Assembly (NCBI GenBank): GCA_963758295.1
Contig: CAVWUU010000004.1
Coordinates: 864,001 to 928,000 of the forward strand
Origin: Candidatus Eremiobacteria bacterium
Lineage (GTDB): Bacteria > Vulcanimicrobiota > Vulcanimicrobiia > Vulcanimicrobiales > Vulcanimicrobiaceae
Direction: 5' to 3'
Length of the DNA stretch: 64,000 bases
Part shown: positions 49,911 through 59,619 of the stretch, in pieces
How positions within the stretch are numbered: the first letter of the stretch is position 1
How the letters are laid out: the number at the start of each line of letters is the position of its first letter
The notes under the pieces: generated by a model
What the model was told of the DNA's origin: nothing
Database searches by the model: none
Seen by the model: the letters and a program-made list of their open reading frames with translations, nothing else
Program-made: the position numbers and the translations under genes

Positions 49911-50753
49911 CTAGATGGTTCCTCGAACAAAAGATTCGAATTTCGGCAGCGCCTCCGGAGAAAAGGCCGCGAAATTCGAGTATTCGTAGTATTCCTCGTA
50001 CAGCGCATAGTTGAGGTCGTATAAGCCCTCCCGCTTGAGCAAGAAAACCCGGTATCCCGCCGCTTCGAGCATGCGATAACAACCGCGAAGTGTTTCCCCC
50101 GCCATTTGCCAAGCGCGATTGTACTCGAACTGCACTACGCCGATCCGGCGATCTTGCAAAGCGTCGAGCGCGCCGCGAATGACGCGCGCATCGTAGCCTT
50201 CGGCATCGATTTTCAAGAAATCCGCGTTCGCCCAACCGAGACGCGCCAATTCCGCATCCACCGTGGTAACGCGAACCGAGCGCTGCACGCCTTTGATGCG
50301 GCCAAGCCCGGGAACGAGCGTGCTGCCTTTGCCGGCGTCGCGTTCTTCCACGAAGATAAGCTCCCCCGGTGCATCGCCGGCGGCCGCTTCAATCAGCGCA
50401 ATGCGCGCGTCGGCCTTGAAACGAGCGCGCAGCCGCTGTAGGGCGCTATGCGAAGGCTCGAAAGCGACGGCTTGGAACGGCGCTCCATTCTTTAGCGCAA
50501 CAACGCCCGCCAGCCAATCCCCGACGTTGGCGCCGACGTCGATGAAATGCGTACCGTGTGACGCCACCGCGTCTCGCAGCCAGCCTTCGCCGGTATCCGC
50601 GACGTTCGGGCCTTCAGCGAGGTGGTATTTGATCACACAGCGTGCCTGATTCCGGACCAAAATCGCCAAGCGAACCATGATGCGAGAACGCCCCAGCGTT
50701 TGCTGAGCGCGATCGGCGACCGTACGTATCCAGGAATGCGGCATTCGCCCCAT
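49911..50753 (-). CDS. FkbM family methyltransferase
   Basis: FIDVGANVG, AFEP, FLKIDAEGYD and VQFEY. Confidence 0.9.
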   Translation of the reverse strand: MGRMPHSWIRTVADRAQQTLGRSRIMVRLAILVRNQARCVIKYHLAEGPNVADTGEGWLRDAVASHGTHFIDVGANVGDWLAGVVALKNGAPFQAVAFEPSHSALQRLRARFKADARIALIEAAAGDAPGELIFVEERDAGKGSTLVPGLGRIKGVQRSVRVTTVDAELARLGWANADFLKIDAEGYDARVIRGALDALQDRRIGVVQFEYNRAWQMAGETLRGCYRMLEAAGYRVFLLKREGLYDLNYALYEEYYEYSNFAAFSPEALPKFESFVRGTI

Positions 50754-50754
50754 T

Positions 50755-51783
50755 TTAGGCAACCCACTGAAAACGCGCAAACGCCATGGCATCTACGACC
50801 AGCGCGACGCAGGAAAAAACCGCGGCTGCATAGCCAAGTGCCGGGGCGCGGCCGAATGTCAACGCCAGTACGAAAGAAACCGGAAGCACCGCGTACAGGC
50901 TTCGGTCTGCCGACAGCGGCGTTCCCCCGAATACGAGTGCCGCGAGCGTCCCAAAAATAAACACCGTAGCGGCCGTGCCTAGCCTTTCGCGATAGATCGT
51001 TACGCCGGCAATCGCCGCCCCCAGCAGAGCGATAGCGATCCAGTCGTGGACCCTTCCGCCGGCTGCGCCACGAAGCAGGCCGAGCCAGGCATTCGGATCG
51101 ATCCATGTCGCGCGGCGCCAAGCCGCCTGCGCATGAACGAAAGCTAGCGCGTCGCCGAAACGCCGTTCGCAAAAGATCGAAAACAGCGCAACGCCGGTGA
51201 AACCAATAGCGGATTGCGCTGCGGCGGACGCGCTTCTTTTGTCGACGAGCGCCCCGGCTACGAGCCCGAGCGCAAGAGCAACTCCGAGGGGGCTCGTCGC
51301 CGATGCCGCGGCGCACGCAAGCCCGGCCACCCAAAATCGATCGCTCGAGTACGCCCAAAACGCGACCGCGACGAAGAGCAAAAATAGTCCCTCAGAATAG
51401 GCCACGCTGCAGAACAGGGACAGCGGAGAAAGACAGAGCGCGACGGTGCACCATCGAGCGATCCGTTCGTCGAAGCGTTTCTTTGTGTAGGCGTACGCGA
51501 CCAAGACCGCGCCGAGAAATGCGCCATTCGCAACGATCGCTCCGGCGAGCGGCCACAAAATGCCGGCGCGAAGAAGCACCGATGCGAACATCGGGAACAG
51601 CGGAAAAAAAGCGACGTTGTGCTGATTTCCGTCTCGCGCGAACTCGTAGCCATGCGCCGCGATCGATCCGTACCATGCGCCGTCCCAATTGCCGAATGCG
51701 GCGAGTCGATGTGGCGCCGCTGCGAGGACTGCACAAACGACCGCAACTCGAGAAAAGAACCAAACAGTGAGCGGGAAGCGCAT
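50755..51783 (-). CDS. GT-C membrane mannosyltransferase (PIG-V-like)
   Basis: WDGAWYGSIAAHGY, AFFPLFP and YSEGLF, with many TM segments. Confidence 0.88.
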   Translation of the reverse strand: MRFPLTVWFFSRVAVVCAVLAAAPHRLAAFGNWDGAWYGSIAAHGYEFARDGNQHNVAFFPLFPMFASVLLRAGILWPLAGAIVANGAFLGAVLVAYAYTKKRFDERIARWCTVALCLSPLSLFCSVAYSEGLFLLFVAVAFWAYSSDRFWVAGLACAAASATSPLGVALALGLVAGALVDKRSASAAAQSAIGFTGVALFSIFCERRFGDALAFVHAQAAWRRATWIDPNAWLGLLRGAAGGRVHDWIAIALLGAAIAGVTIYRERLGTAATVFIFGTLAALVFGGTPLSADRSLYAVLPVSFVLALTFGRAPALGYAAAVFSCVALVVDAMAFARFQWVA

Positions 51784-51911
51784 CGGCCGTTCCTAGGCTA
51801 GAAAGCAAGCGAAATCTTCCTAAGCAACATTGGCGTAGGTCGAACGCCCCTGGTCCAACGAACCTGGTTGGCCGTTGTGGCGACGAGGCTGGCGCCGTAG
51901 TGTGATGGAGC

Positions 51912-54071
51912 ATGTTTTTGCGCGACAGACGGCCATCCCGTTCAGTTGACTACTTGCTTTCGGCACTGAGTCCGCAAGAGGTCGCGACGTCCACGGCCTC
52001 GTTCGTTCGCTCACGCGATGCGGTTTTGATGGTGCCGGAGATTCGGCGCAGTATCACGCGAATGCAAGGCAGCGAGCGGGCGCAGTACGCTTTGGCGCTG
52101 GGGCACGAGCTGGCGATCCGGGACGATTTTCCGATCGCTGAGCCCACAATGGAGGCGCCCGATCTCATTGCGATCGTAGATGCCGACCGCGACGGCGCAA
52201 TCGACCGCTTTGCAACGTTCCTCGGACGCAATCCGCGCGTCATCCGCACGCTGGATCCCGAATCGATTCGTTCGATCCTTCTGCCCGTTATCCGGTCGCG
52301 TGAAGCCGACGTTCAGGGCACGGACCTTCCGGACGATGCACCGTATTCCCACGAACTGGCGACGGCGCTGCAAAGCCTGGTGCCGGCCATTTCGTTTAAA
52401 GCCCTTGGCCGGACCGCTGCGGCACCGTTCGTCGCGAGCGGGCGCGGCGTTGCGTCCGCATCGATGTTTTTGTTCTCGCTTCCACGGCGGCTGTGGAGCG
52501 CGTTTATACGTTTCGCGAAGTCGCTTGGAAACGTGACGATCGCCATAGCGCGGATCCTCGGAAAAGCGATTGCCGCGCCGTTCGTCGGGCTTTATAAAGT
52601 TCTGGTTTGGACGCTCGCCGCGATCGGACGCGGCGTAACGGCGCTCGGCAACGGAACGATCGCGCTGATCATGGCCATCGCGCGTGCAATTGCCGCGAGC
52701 GCGCGTTTCTTTGCGAACGCGATTACGAACGGCACACGCGCGGTAGGTCGCGCAATGGGAAGCGCAGCTCGCTTTACCGGAAAGACTACTGTCGTAGGAG
52801 CGCGCTTCGCTCGGACAACGACGGCTGCCGGCGTCCGTTTCGCCGGCAGAAAAACAGCCGCCGGGGCGCGTTTCGCGGGGAGTACAACCCTTGCAGGCGC
52901 GCGTTTCGCGGGGAGTACAATCCTTGCAGGCGCGCGTTTCGCGGGGAGCGGCATTGCAACGGGATCGCGGTACGGGCGCAATGGCTTCGCTACCGCAGCA
53001 CGCCTTGCGCTGCGTATTCCGGCGGCGCTTTGGAAGGCCCTTAGCGTTGCGGCGCTCGCACTTTGGCGTCCACTTGTTGCATTTGGATCGTTCGCGGCGA
53101 CAGTGCCTGCGCGCATCGCGTCCTCAACGCGGCGCGCGGTGTCGGGGCCGGTCGCATCGGCGGGACGGAAGACCGCTGCGGCTTCCAAAGGCGTTGTTGC
53201 TGCCGCAAGCGGCGCAGCCGTTGTGGCAACGGCATCTTCTGCGCGAGCCTTAAGCGCAACGCGCAATGGGCTGGCGATAGCGAGCCATTCAGCCGGCGAC
53301 GCCGCGAAGAAGGGTTTGCCCTGGGCGCCGGTTTTTGGAACGCCGCTTGCCGTCGTTACGAGCGGCGCTCTAGCCGCCGTGTTGTTCGCTGCAATCGTCT
53401 TACCGTTTGCGCGTTCGTTCCATGTCGCTCCGTCGAGCGCTCCGGTGGCAGCCGCGACGGCGCCCGTTGTAGCGCACGTGCCACATCGCATACACGGACG
53501 AGTCGCCCTTAAACCGCAACCGAAACGTATCGCGCGGGTGAAGATCCATCGCGCCCAACCGCGTCCGGTTCGCGTAGCGGCAGCGCCGCATAGACCCCGC
53601 GCAAGCCATAAGGCTGACGGTGTCGCGTGGAAGTTCGATCCGTTGGCGAATCCGTTCACGTCGAAACACCGCATCGTCGCTCGAGCACCGCGGCCGCGCA
53701 ACGTTCGCGTAGCGCAGGTTGCGACGGCGCGCGTTGAGCCGCAGATCGTGCAACGCGCACGCTTGATCGTTACGTCGTACCTCGCATCGCTGATGCGGGG
53801 CGATGCCAGCACGGCGCTCGGTCATCTGGGCCTGAGTGCAAACGCGCCGATCAGTAACTTAAGCGAGGGCCCGGTCCTCCAGCGCGCAGCCGGTTTCCGG
53901 ATCGTGCACGCGACGGCGCCTAACGGGGGCACGGCAAAGATCGACGTGGAGATTACCGGACCGCAAGGCCGCTACTTTGGCGTCTATACCGTCCAAGCGA
54001 ATGGCCCGGCCGCCTGGATTACGGACCACACGGTTATTCCGACAAACGCCGCCGTGGCCGTCCACCGTTAG
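51912..54071 (+). CDS. Hypothetical membrane protein with 11-residue amphipathic repeats
   Basis: 719-aa ORF with SD GGAG. Basic Ala/Gly-rich repeats, one TM segment, an Arg/Pro-rich linker and a small C-terminal domain. Confidence 0.75.
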   Translation: MFLRDRRPSRSVDYLLSALSPQEVATSTASFVRSRDAVLMVPEIRRSITRMQGSERAQYALALGHELAIRDDFPIAEPTMEAPDLIAIVDADRDGAIDRFATFLGRNPRVIRTLDPESIRSILLPVIRSREADVQGTDLPDDAPYSHELATALQSLVPAISFKALGRTAAAPFVASGRGVASASMFLFSLPRRLWSAFIRFAKSLGNVTIAIARILGKAIAAPFVGLYKVLVWTLAAIGRGVTALGNGTIALIMAIARAIAASARFFANAITNGTRAVGRAMGSAARFTGKTTVVGARFARTTTAAGVRFAGRKTAAGARFAGSTTLAGARFAGSTILAGARFAGSGIATGSRYGRNGFATAARLALRIPAALWKALSVAALALWRPLVAFGSFAATVPARIASSTRRAVSGPVASAGRKTAAASKGVVAAASGAAVVATASSARALSATRNGLAIASHSAGDAAKKGLPWAPVFGTPLAVVTSGALAAVLFAAIVLPFARSFHVAPSSAPVAAATAPVVAHVPHRIHGRVALKPQPKRIARVKIHRAQPRPVRVAAAPHRPRASHKADGVAWKFDPLANPFTSKHRIVARAPRPRNVRVAQVATARVEPQIVQRARLIVTSYLASLMRGDASTALGHLGLSANAPISNLSEGPVLQRAAGFRIVHATAPNGGTAKIDVEITGPQGRYFGVYTVQANGPAAWITDHTVIPTNAAVAVHR
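52866..52948 (+). repeat. 33-bp coding tandem repeat (~2.5 near-identical copies)
   Basis: GCGCGTTTCGCGGGGAGTACAA(C/T)CCTTGCAGGC twice plus a partial third copy. Confidence 0.9.
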
Positions 54072-54179
54072 GAAGTCGTAAGGATCTAATAAAGGAGGCC
54101 GGTTTCGGCTGCACAACGAGGTGTGGCGGCCGGCTCCCGACTTATCGCCCGGCTGCCTCGTACCGATTACTTTTAGTAG

Positions 54180-54848
54180 ATGCTGAACGACCTCATCACG
54201 TTTTTCACGGGAGCGCCTCAGAACCGCCGGAAGTATCCGCGCCGTTCGGGCCCGTTTCAGGCGTGGGTTGCGCAGGGCACCGGTTGGACCGCCATTACGT
54301 GCTTGGACGTTTCAGGCAGCGGCGTCGGCGTCGTTTCAAGCGTCGAAATGAATTCCGAAGTCAACATGCGCCTCGCGATAGAGAATCGCAACATTCTCAT
54401 CCGGGCGAAGCGCGTCTGGCAGCAGCCCGGAATGGTGAAAGGCAAGCCCGCGTGGCGTTACGGTTTGACCTTCATCGGGATCAGCGCCGACGATTGGGAT
54501 GCCGTCATTCGTTTCTGCAATAACGATACGGTGGTCCAAGAAAATAAAGCACAGCAAGAGCTCGAGCTCGTACGCATGCAAGCCGACGACGTCGCTCGGC
54601 TTATCCCGAAAAAGCTGCAGGATCAATTGCTCGCCATGCTGGTTCAGCGTGGACGGCTTGCGCCGCTCAGCGAAAAGAATCCGCTAGTGCAATACTCCTA
54701 CGGCGGCGTGCTAAAAAGCAGCGGCCGCGCTTTGCATCGTTTGACGATTCATTCGCGGGTTCGTGACGAAGTAACCGGTGACGTGAACTCGTACAACACG
54801 CGCTTTCTCTTCGACGACGCCGGCGGAAGCGTCAACATCGACGAGTAG
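54180..54848 (+). CDS. PilZ domain protein
   Basis: RRKYPR (RxxxR) and DVSGSG (DxSxxG) c-di-GMP motifs, plus YGLTF. Confidence 0.85.
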   Translation: MLNDLITFFTGAPQNRRKYPRRSGPFQAWVAQGTGWTAITCLDVSGSGVGVVSSVEMNSEVNMRLAIENRNILIRAKRVWQQPGMVKGKPAWRYGLTFIGISADDWDAVIRFCNNDTVVQENKAQQELELVRMQADDVARLIPKKLQDQLLAMLVQRGRLAPLSEKNPLVQYSYGGVLKSSGRALHRLTIHSRVRDEVTGDVNSYNTRFLFDDAGGSVNIDE

Positions 54849-54855
54849 GGGCGCC

Positions 54856-57450
54856 TCACTCATAACGCAGCGCGTTCGCGGGTTCGACCCGCGTCGCGCG
54901 CATCGCCGGAACAAGCCCCGCTAAGATTCCAAACGCCACGATTGCCACTGCGACGCCTACGAACGTCGACGGATCGCCCGCACTCACCGCAAACAGCATG
55001 CTTTGCAGCAGGCGGCTCACCCCCGCAGCCGCAATCGTCCCGGCCGCGACGCCTATGCCGATAAGCACGATCGTTCGCCGTAATACGAGCGCTACGATTT
55101 CGCGCCGGCGCGCCCCCAAGGCAATACGAATGCCGAGTTCTTGCGTGCGTTGAGCGACGCTGTAGGCCATCACGCCATAGACGCCGGCGAGCGCCAGAAA
55201 TAGCGCAACCGCTGCCAGCGTTCCCAGGACCATGGAGGCGATTCTCCATTGCGCGAAGAGGGCAGAGACTTTCTCGCGATACGGAGTCAAGACCACGTCC
55301 GGCATTTCGGGATCGACGGTTCGCCACGCTCGCGTGACGCGCTTGGATAAAAGCGCAGCCGGAACCGGCGATCTCAACAACAGATGAACTCCGGAAACCG
55401 CCGGATCTTGCAAGAGCGGCTCGAAAAATTGCAACGGTGCTGCGGCTGCCGGATCGTCGGTTTTGAAGTCCGAGACTATGCCGACTATGCGCAGCGGCGT
55501 TTGAACCGTGTGATACGGCGCGAATTGCGAAATGGATGAGTAGACGAACCGTCCGACCGCGTCGGAGCCGGGGAAAGTTTCACGCGCGAATCGCTCGCTC
55601 ACGAGCGCGACGCGTTCGTGCGTAACGTCATCCGCGGCCGTAAAAAACCGCCCCCTCATAAGGCGCACGCCAAGCATCTGCAAAGCGCCCGGTGTCACGA
55701 GATTGAAATGGGCGTCGACTTGATTCGCCGTGCGGCGGTGCATGGGGATCGCGAAAACCGTTATGTCGGACCCTTCCCCGCTCAGCGGCGCTTCCGTCAT
55801 GAGTTCGGCCCGGCGCAACTCCGGCACCGCGTGGAACGCAGTCAGGAGATTGCGAACGTAAGCCGCTCTTTGAGCTTGGCCTTTCATCTCATTCGGAAAT
55901 TGCTGGGATTCGGAAAGCGCGATACCGTCGTACCGAAGGCCAGTGTCGACGTGCACAAGGCCGATCAAGCTGCGCACGATTAGCGTGGAAGCAACCACGA
56001 GCGTCAGCGCCAGCGCGATCTGCGCTATCACAAAAATACTTCGCAGGCGCGCAGTCGCCACCGCAGCGGACCCTCGCGTTCCGCTCTTTAAAACCTCAAC
56101 CAAGTTCGTCCGCGAAAGGACGATGGCCGGCGCGGTTGCGCAACCCACGGCAGCGGCCGCAGCTGCCGCAAAACAAAAGGCGAACACCCAGCCGTCCAGC
56201 CGGATGTAAACCTCGTACGGCAACGACCGGCTCACAAGCGCGCCGAACCGGTTCATCAGAAGCGCCGTAGCGCAAAGTGCAACGGCGCCGGCAAGCACCG
56301 CATAAAGCGCCGACTCGACGAACAACTGGGAGGCGACGCGCGTCTTCGAACTACCGACCGCAAGACGCACGGCAACTTCGCGTGCACGCGAGGCGGCGCG
56401 CGCAAGCAGCAGATTCGCCGCATTCGCGCAGCAAACCAGAAGCACGCCCGCCATGGCGATCGCGATCATGATAAGCAAAACGGCGTCATCGCCGGCGATT
56501 GCTTCTTGGTACGTGAGGACGGCAATCTTCGCGTCCTTATCGTTTTGCGGAAAATCCCGCGCCATCGATTCAGCGACACGGTTCATGTCCGACCGCGCCG
56601 CACTCAAAGGTACGCTGGATTTTAGGCGCGCGATCGTAGTGAAATCGGCCAGGCCACGGTCGAAAGCGTCGGCTGTATGTGGAGCGACCCAGACGTCCGC
56701 GGACCCTCGAGTGAAGAAATCAGCCGGGACGTCGGGCATAACGCCGATGATGTGATATTCGCGATCGTCAAGCACGATCGTGGCGCCAAGAGCGCTTGTC
56801 GTCGCCTGAAATTGCGAGCGCCAAATCGATTCGGAAATCACGGCGTTCGCGCTTCCGGCCCGCATATCGCGTGCGTCGAGAAGCCGTCCGAGCAGCGGCC
56901 GCACGCCCAAGACGGCAAAATACTGCGCCGTCACCTGCGCTTCCGCGAGGCGCTTCGGGACTCCGCGACGCGTCTGGACCGCGGCGATGTGATTGAAAGC
57001 TGCGAGCGCGCTGAACGAGCGGTTGCGCCGCGCCCAATCCAAGGCGTCGGGAATGGAGTTACTGTCACCGTCCTTGATGACCGTGACGATTCGTCCGGCG
57101 TCCGGATACGCCATCGGGTGGAGCACCAGCGCGTTCAACACGGCGAACACCGACGTATTCGCTGCGATGCCGATGCCGAGGGTCAACACGACGATCGCCG
57201 TGGACAACGGGGATTTCACGATCATGCGCCACGCATACGAGACGTCGCGTGAAACCGATGCGCCACGCTCGGCGAACGCGACCGCCAAGATATCGCAATA
57301 GGCTCGCAAGAGCGTTTGGAATACAGCCGGTTCGCCGCGACCTTTGGCTTCTTCCAAGGAGTCGCGCAGATCGCGCACCATATCGCGCCCGTACTGCCGG
57401 CGGAACTCCGCAGGCGCGAGCATCATAAGCAGCCGGTAGAGCGCGATCAC
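54856..57450 (-). CDS. MacB/FtsX-like duplicated ABC permease (ADOP-like)
   Basis: LTLGIGIAANTSVF, CANAANLLLAR, REVAVRLAVG, QRTQELGIRIALGA and RATRVEPANALRYE. Confidence 0.92.
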   Translation of the reverse strand: MIALYRLLMMLAPAEFRRQYGRDMVRDLRDSLEEAKGRGEPAVFQTLLRAYCDILAVAFAERGASVSRDVSYAWRMIVKSPLSTAIVVLTLGIGIAANTSVFAVLNALVLHPMAYPDAGRIVTVIKDGDSNSIPDALDWARRNRSFSALAAFNHIAAVQTRRGVPKRLAEAQVTAQYFAVLGVRPLLGRLLDARDMRAGSANAVISESIWRSQFQATTSALGATIVLDDREYHIIGVMPDVPADFFTRGSADVWVAPHTADAFDRGLADFTTIARLKSSVPLSAARSDMNRVAESMARDFPQNDKDAKIAVLTYQEAIAGDDAVLLIMIAIAMAGVLLVCCANAANLLLARAASRAREVAVRLAVGSSKTRVASQLFVESALYAVLAGAVALCATALLMNRFGALVSRSLPYEVYIRLDGWVFAFCFAAAAAAAVGCATAPAIVLSRTNLVEVLKSGTRGSAAVATARLRSIFVIAQIALALTLVVASTLIVRSLIGLVHVDTGLRYDGIALSESQQFPNEMKGQAQRAAYVRNLLTAFHAVPELRRAELMTEAPLSGEGSDITVFAIPMHRRTANQVDAHFNLVTPGALQMLGVRLMRGRFFTAADDVTHERVALVSERFARETFPGSDAVGRFVYSSISQFAPYHTVQTPLRIVGIVSDFKTDDPAAAAPLQFFEPLLQDPAVSGVHLLLRSPVPAALLSKRVTRAWRTVDPEMPDVVLTPYREKVSALFAQWRIASMVLGTLAAVALFLALAGVYGVMAYSVAQRTQELGIRIALGARRREIVALVLRRTIVLIGIGVAAGTIAAAGVSRLLQSMLFAVSAGDPSTFVGVAVAIVAFGILAGLVPAMRATRVEPANALRYE

Positions 57451-57800
57451 AACGCACCGGCCGGCAATAGTTTGCGCGATTGTGCCGCACGCACTACGAC
57501 GGCAAGACGCGCCGCCTCGGCGCGAGCGACGTCGCGGCCGCGCGCGGTAAGCCGGTACGAGCGGCGACGTTGCGCGTCGTCACCGGGCGCGTCGATTTCT
57601 TTGATCCAGCCGTCCGCCAAGAGCTGCTTCATCATGCGGTAGAGCGTCGCCGGCGGCAACGCCACCTCGCCGCCGGTTAACTCGGCGACTTCTTTGCTGA
57701 TGGCGTACCCGTGCCGGTCCGCATCCGCGAGGGACAGCAGGATGTAAAATGTCGTACTGCTGAGCGGCAGTACTTCCCGGGCGCCGGCCGATACTCTCAT
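57447..57800 (-). CDS. PadR family transcriptional regulator
   Basis: FYILLSLADADRHGYAI, PATLYR and RRRSYRLTARG. Confidence 0.92.
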   Translation of the reverse strand: MRVSAGAREVLPLSSTTFYILLSLADADRHGYAISKEVAELTGGEVALPPATLYRMMKQLLADGWIKEIDAPGDDAQRRRSYRLTARGRDVARAEAARLAVVVRAAQSRKLLPAGAL

Positions 57801-57836
57801 TTTGAGACTATATCCAAAATGAGACTATCCCGTCAA
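57791..57836 (-). promoter_or_regulatory. Leaderless promoter with repeated operator half-sites
   Basis: Minus strand TTGACG-18-TATAGT-6-ATG. ATAGTCTCA occurs twice, and a near-palindrome ATACTCTCA-TTT-TGAGACTAT covers the start codon. Confidence 0.75.
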
Positions 57837-57837
57837 A

Positions 57838-58332
57838 TCATCCTTCGTAGAGTGTGGAAAGCGCGAGCGTGGTGGCGGTGGCAGCGGCCTTGGGCAAATT
57901 GCGAATCTGAGCGACCAGCTCTTCGAGGTCGGACGAGCTGCGCGCACGCACTTTCACGAGGAGGCACCATTTGCCGGTGATTCGATGGCACGTGTCGACG
58001 GCCGCGGAGTCGCTCGAGAGCTCCATTACCTGTTCGGCAAAAACGCGGCAGTCGCCCGACTTCGTGCGAACGCGAATGAAGGCGAGGAGAGGATAGCCCA
58101 AGTGTTCCCAATTCACGTCGACGGTGTAGCGAGTAAGCACACCGGCCGCTTCTAAGCGGCGCATGCGCTCGCGAATGGCCGGCCGCGAGAGCGAGAGCAG
58201 CTCCGAAAGCTCTTCTTGGCTTCGCCGTCCGTTGTGCCGCAAAGCCTGGAGCAGTTGGAGGTCGATCTCGTCGACCTTAGGGCCGGCCGTTACGGGCTTT
58301 CGATTCGAAGATTTGGGTGCTTCGGCCAGCAT
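57838..58332 (-). CDS. Lrp/AsnC family regulator
   Basis: DEIDLQLLQALRHNGR, LSRPAIRERMRRLEAAGV and CHRITG. Confidence 0.92.
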   Translation of the reverse strand: MLAEAPKSSNRKPVTAGPKVDEIDLQLLQALRHNGRRSQEELSELLSLSRPAIRERMRRLEAAGVLTRYTVDVNWEHLGYPLLAFIRVRTKSGDCRVFAEQVMELSSDSAAVDTCHRITGKWCLLVKVRARSSSDLEELVAQIRNLPKAAATATTLALSTLYEG

Positions 58333-58376
58333 GGCGAAAGGTGCCTCGACTTTCCAAAACGTAGGATTTCGACAAC

Positions 58377-58411
58377 TTGCATTGACGTTATGCAATGTGC
58401 TTTCGTAGTAT
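58377..58411 (+). promoter_or_regulatory. Promoter for the EamA gene with an overlapping inverted repeat
   Basis: TTGACG (58382)-18-TAGTAT (58406). TTGCAT-N7-ATGCAA at 58377-58395. Confidence 0.6.
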
Positions 58412-58421
58412 AGCACTCATT

Positions 58422-59339
58422 ATGGAAAGCGCACTCCCTTCGGCTTCGCCCCGTTTTCGGACTCGGGCGCTCCCGTGGGTAGCGCTGGTGACCGTCTGGA
58501 TTCTCTGGGGATCCACGTATATCGGGATCCGCGTTGCGGTGGAAACCATTCCACCCTTCTTGATGGCCGGGATCCGGTACATCATCGCGGGACTCTTACT
58601 TTCCGGGGCGCTAATCGTTTGGAAGCGTTCCCTCCTGACGCAGATTACCGCTTCGCAGTGGAAGTCGCTCGCCATCATGGGCTTCTTGCTGCTGGTCTGC
58701 GGCAACGGCGCACTGTGCTTCGCCGAACAAAGACTCGCCTCGGGCGTCGCGGCGCTCATCGTGGCCACCGTCCCGATCTGGATGCTCGCGATCGACGCGG
58801 TGCTCGAGCGGCGAATGCCTGCTCCTCTTGCGAGTGCCGGATTGATCCTCGGGACGCTCGGAATCGCGCTGCTTGTTGGATTGCACTCCGCGTCGATTCC
58901 GCTCGCGCCCACCCTGATCGTCTTAGCCGGCTCCTTTGCGTGGGCGGCAGGCTCCGTCTACGCGCGACGGGATACGTCGGGACACGGCAACCCGCTCTTT
59001 CCGGCCCTGGAAATGCTGCTCGGCGGCATCATGCTCACGATCGCGGGTCTCGCGACCGGCGAAGGCGCGCACTTTCACTTTAACGCCATTTCGCACGCAT
59101 CGATTCTGGGATGGTTATGGCTCGTAGGCCCGGGCGCAATTGTGGGTTATACCGCGTATGGGTACGTCGTGCGCACGCTTCCGACGCACGTTACGGCTAC
59201 GTATGCTTACGTCAATCCGGTTGTTGCGGTGCTGCTTGGAACCTTGATCCTCAGCGAGCCCATCACGGCCAACATCTTGGCCGGCGGCGGCGCCGTAATT
59301 TTATCGGTGGTTGCGATTCTCTTCAGCCGTCGCGCTTAG
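58422..59339 (+). CDS. EamA/DMT (YedA-like) transporter
   Basis: WGSTY, PPFLMAGIR, SGVAALIVATVP and YAYVNPVVAVLLG, with about 10 TM segments. Confidence 0.93.
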   Translation: MESALPSASPRFRTRALPWVALVTVWILWGSTYIGIRVAVETIPPFLMAGIRYIIAGLLLSGALIVWKRSLLTQITASQWKSLAIMGFLLLVCGNGALCFAEQRLASGVAALIVATVPIWMLAIDAVLERRMPAPLASAGLILGTLGIALLVGLHSASIPLAPTLIVLAGSFAWAAGSVYARRDTSGHGNPLFPALEMLLGGIMLTIAGLATGEGAHFHFNAISHASILGWLWLVGPGAIVGYTAYGYVVRTLPTHVTATYAYVNPVVAVLLGTLILSEPITANILAGGGAVILSVVAILFSRRA

Positions 59340-59619
59340 CGACATTTTTCGACTGCATTCCGCGCTGTTTCATCAACGTGTGAATGGCGGAATGCGATCC
59401 CTTGTGTTCTTCGCAGTGAAGCTGGTTGCAATTGAATTGTTTGCAACGCTCGCGGGCCAAGTTTTCGCAACCCGGCGTCTCGCAACCGCGGCGTTCCGCA
59501 GACGTGACGCGCGACCATTTTCTTTTACGTTGATGCACCCTTGATCTAAGCTCCTCGCGACAGGCTTCCAGCCGGCTTCGACGACTCCCCTCCAGGACTT
59601 CTACGCGGCGCTTCGCGCA

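Noticed and set aside
52866..52948. 33-bp repeats as a CRISPR array
   Set aside because: No unique spacers, the repeats are in-frame coding units, and there are no cas genes.
59392..59544. 50-aa hydrophobic ORF MRSLVFFAVKLVAIELF...
   Set aside because: Weak SD, no motif, and competing ORFs on the other strand.
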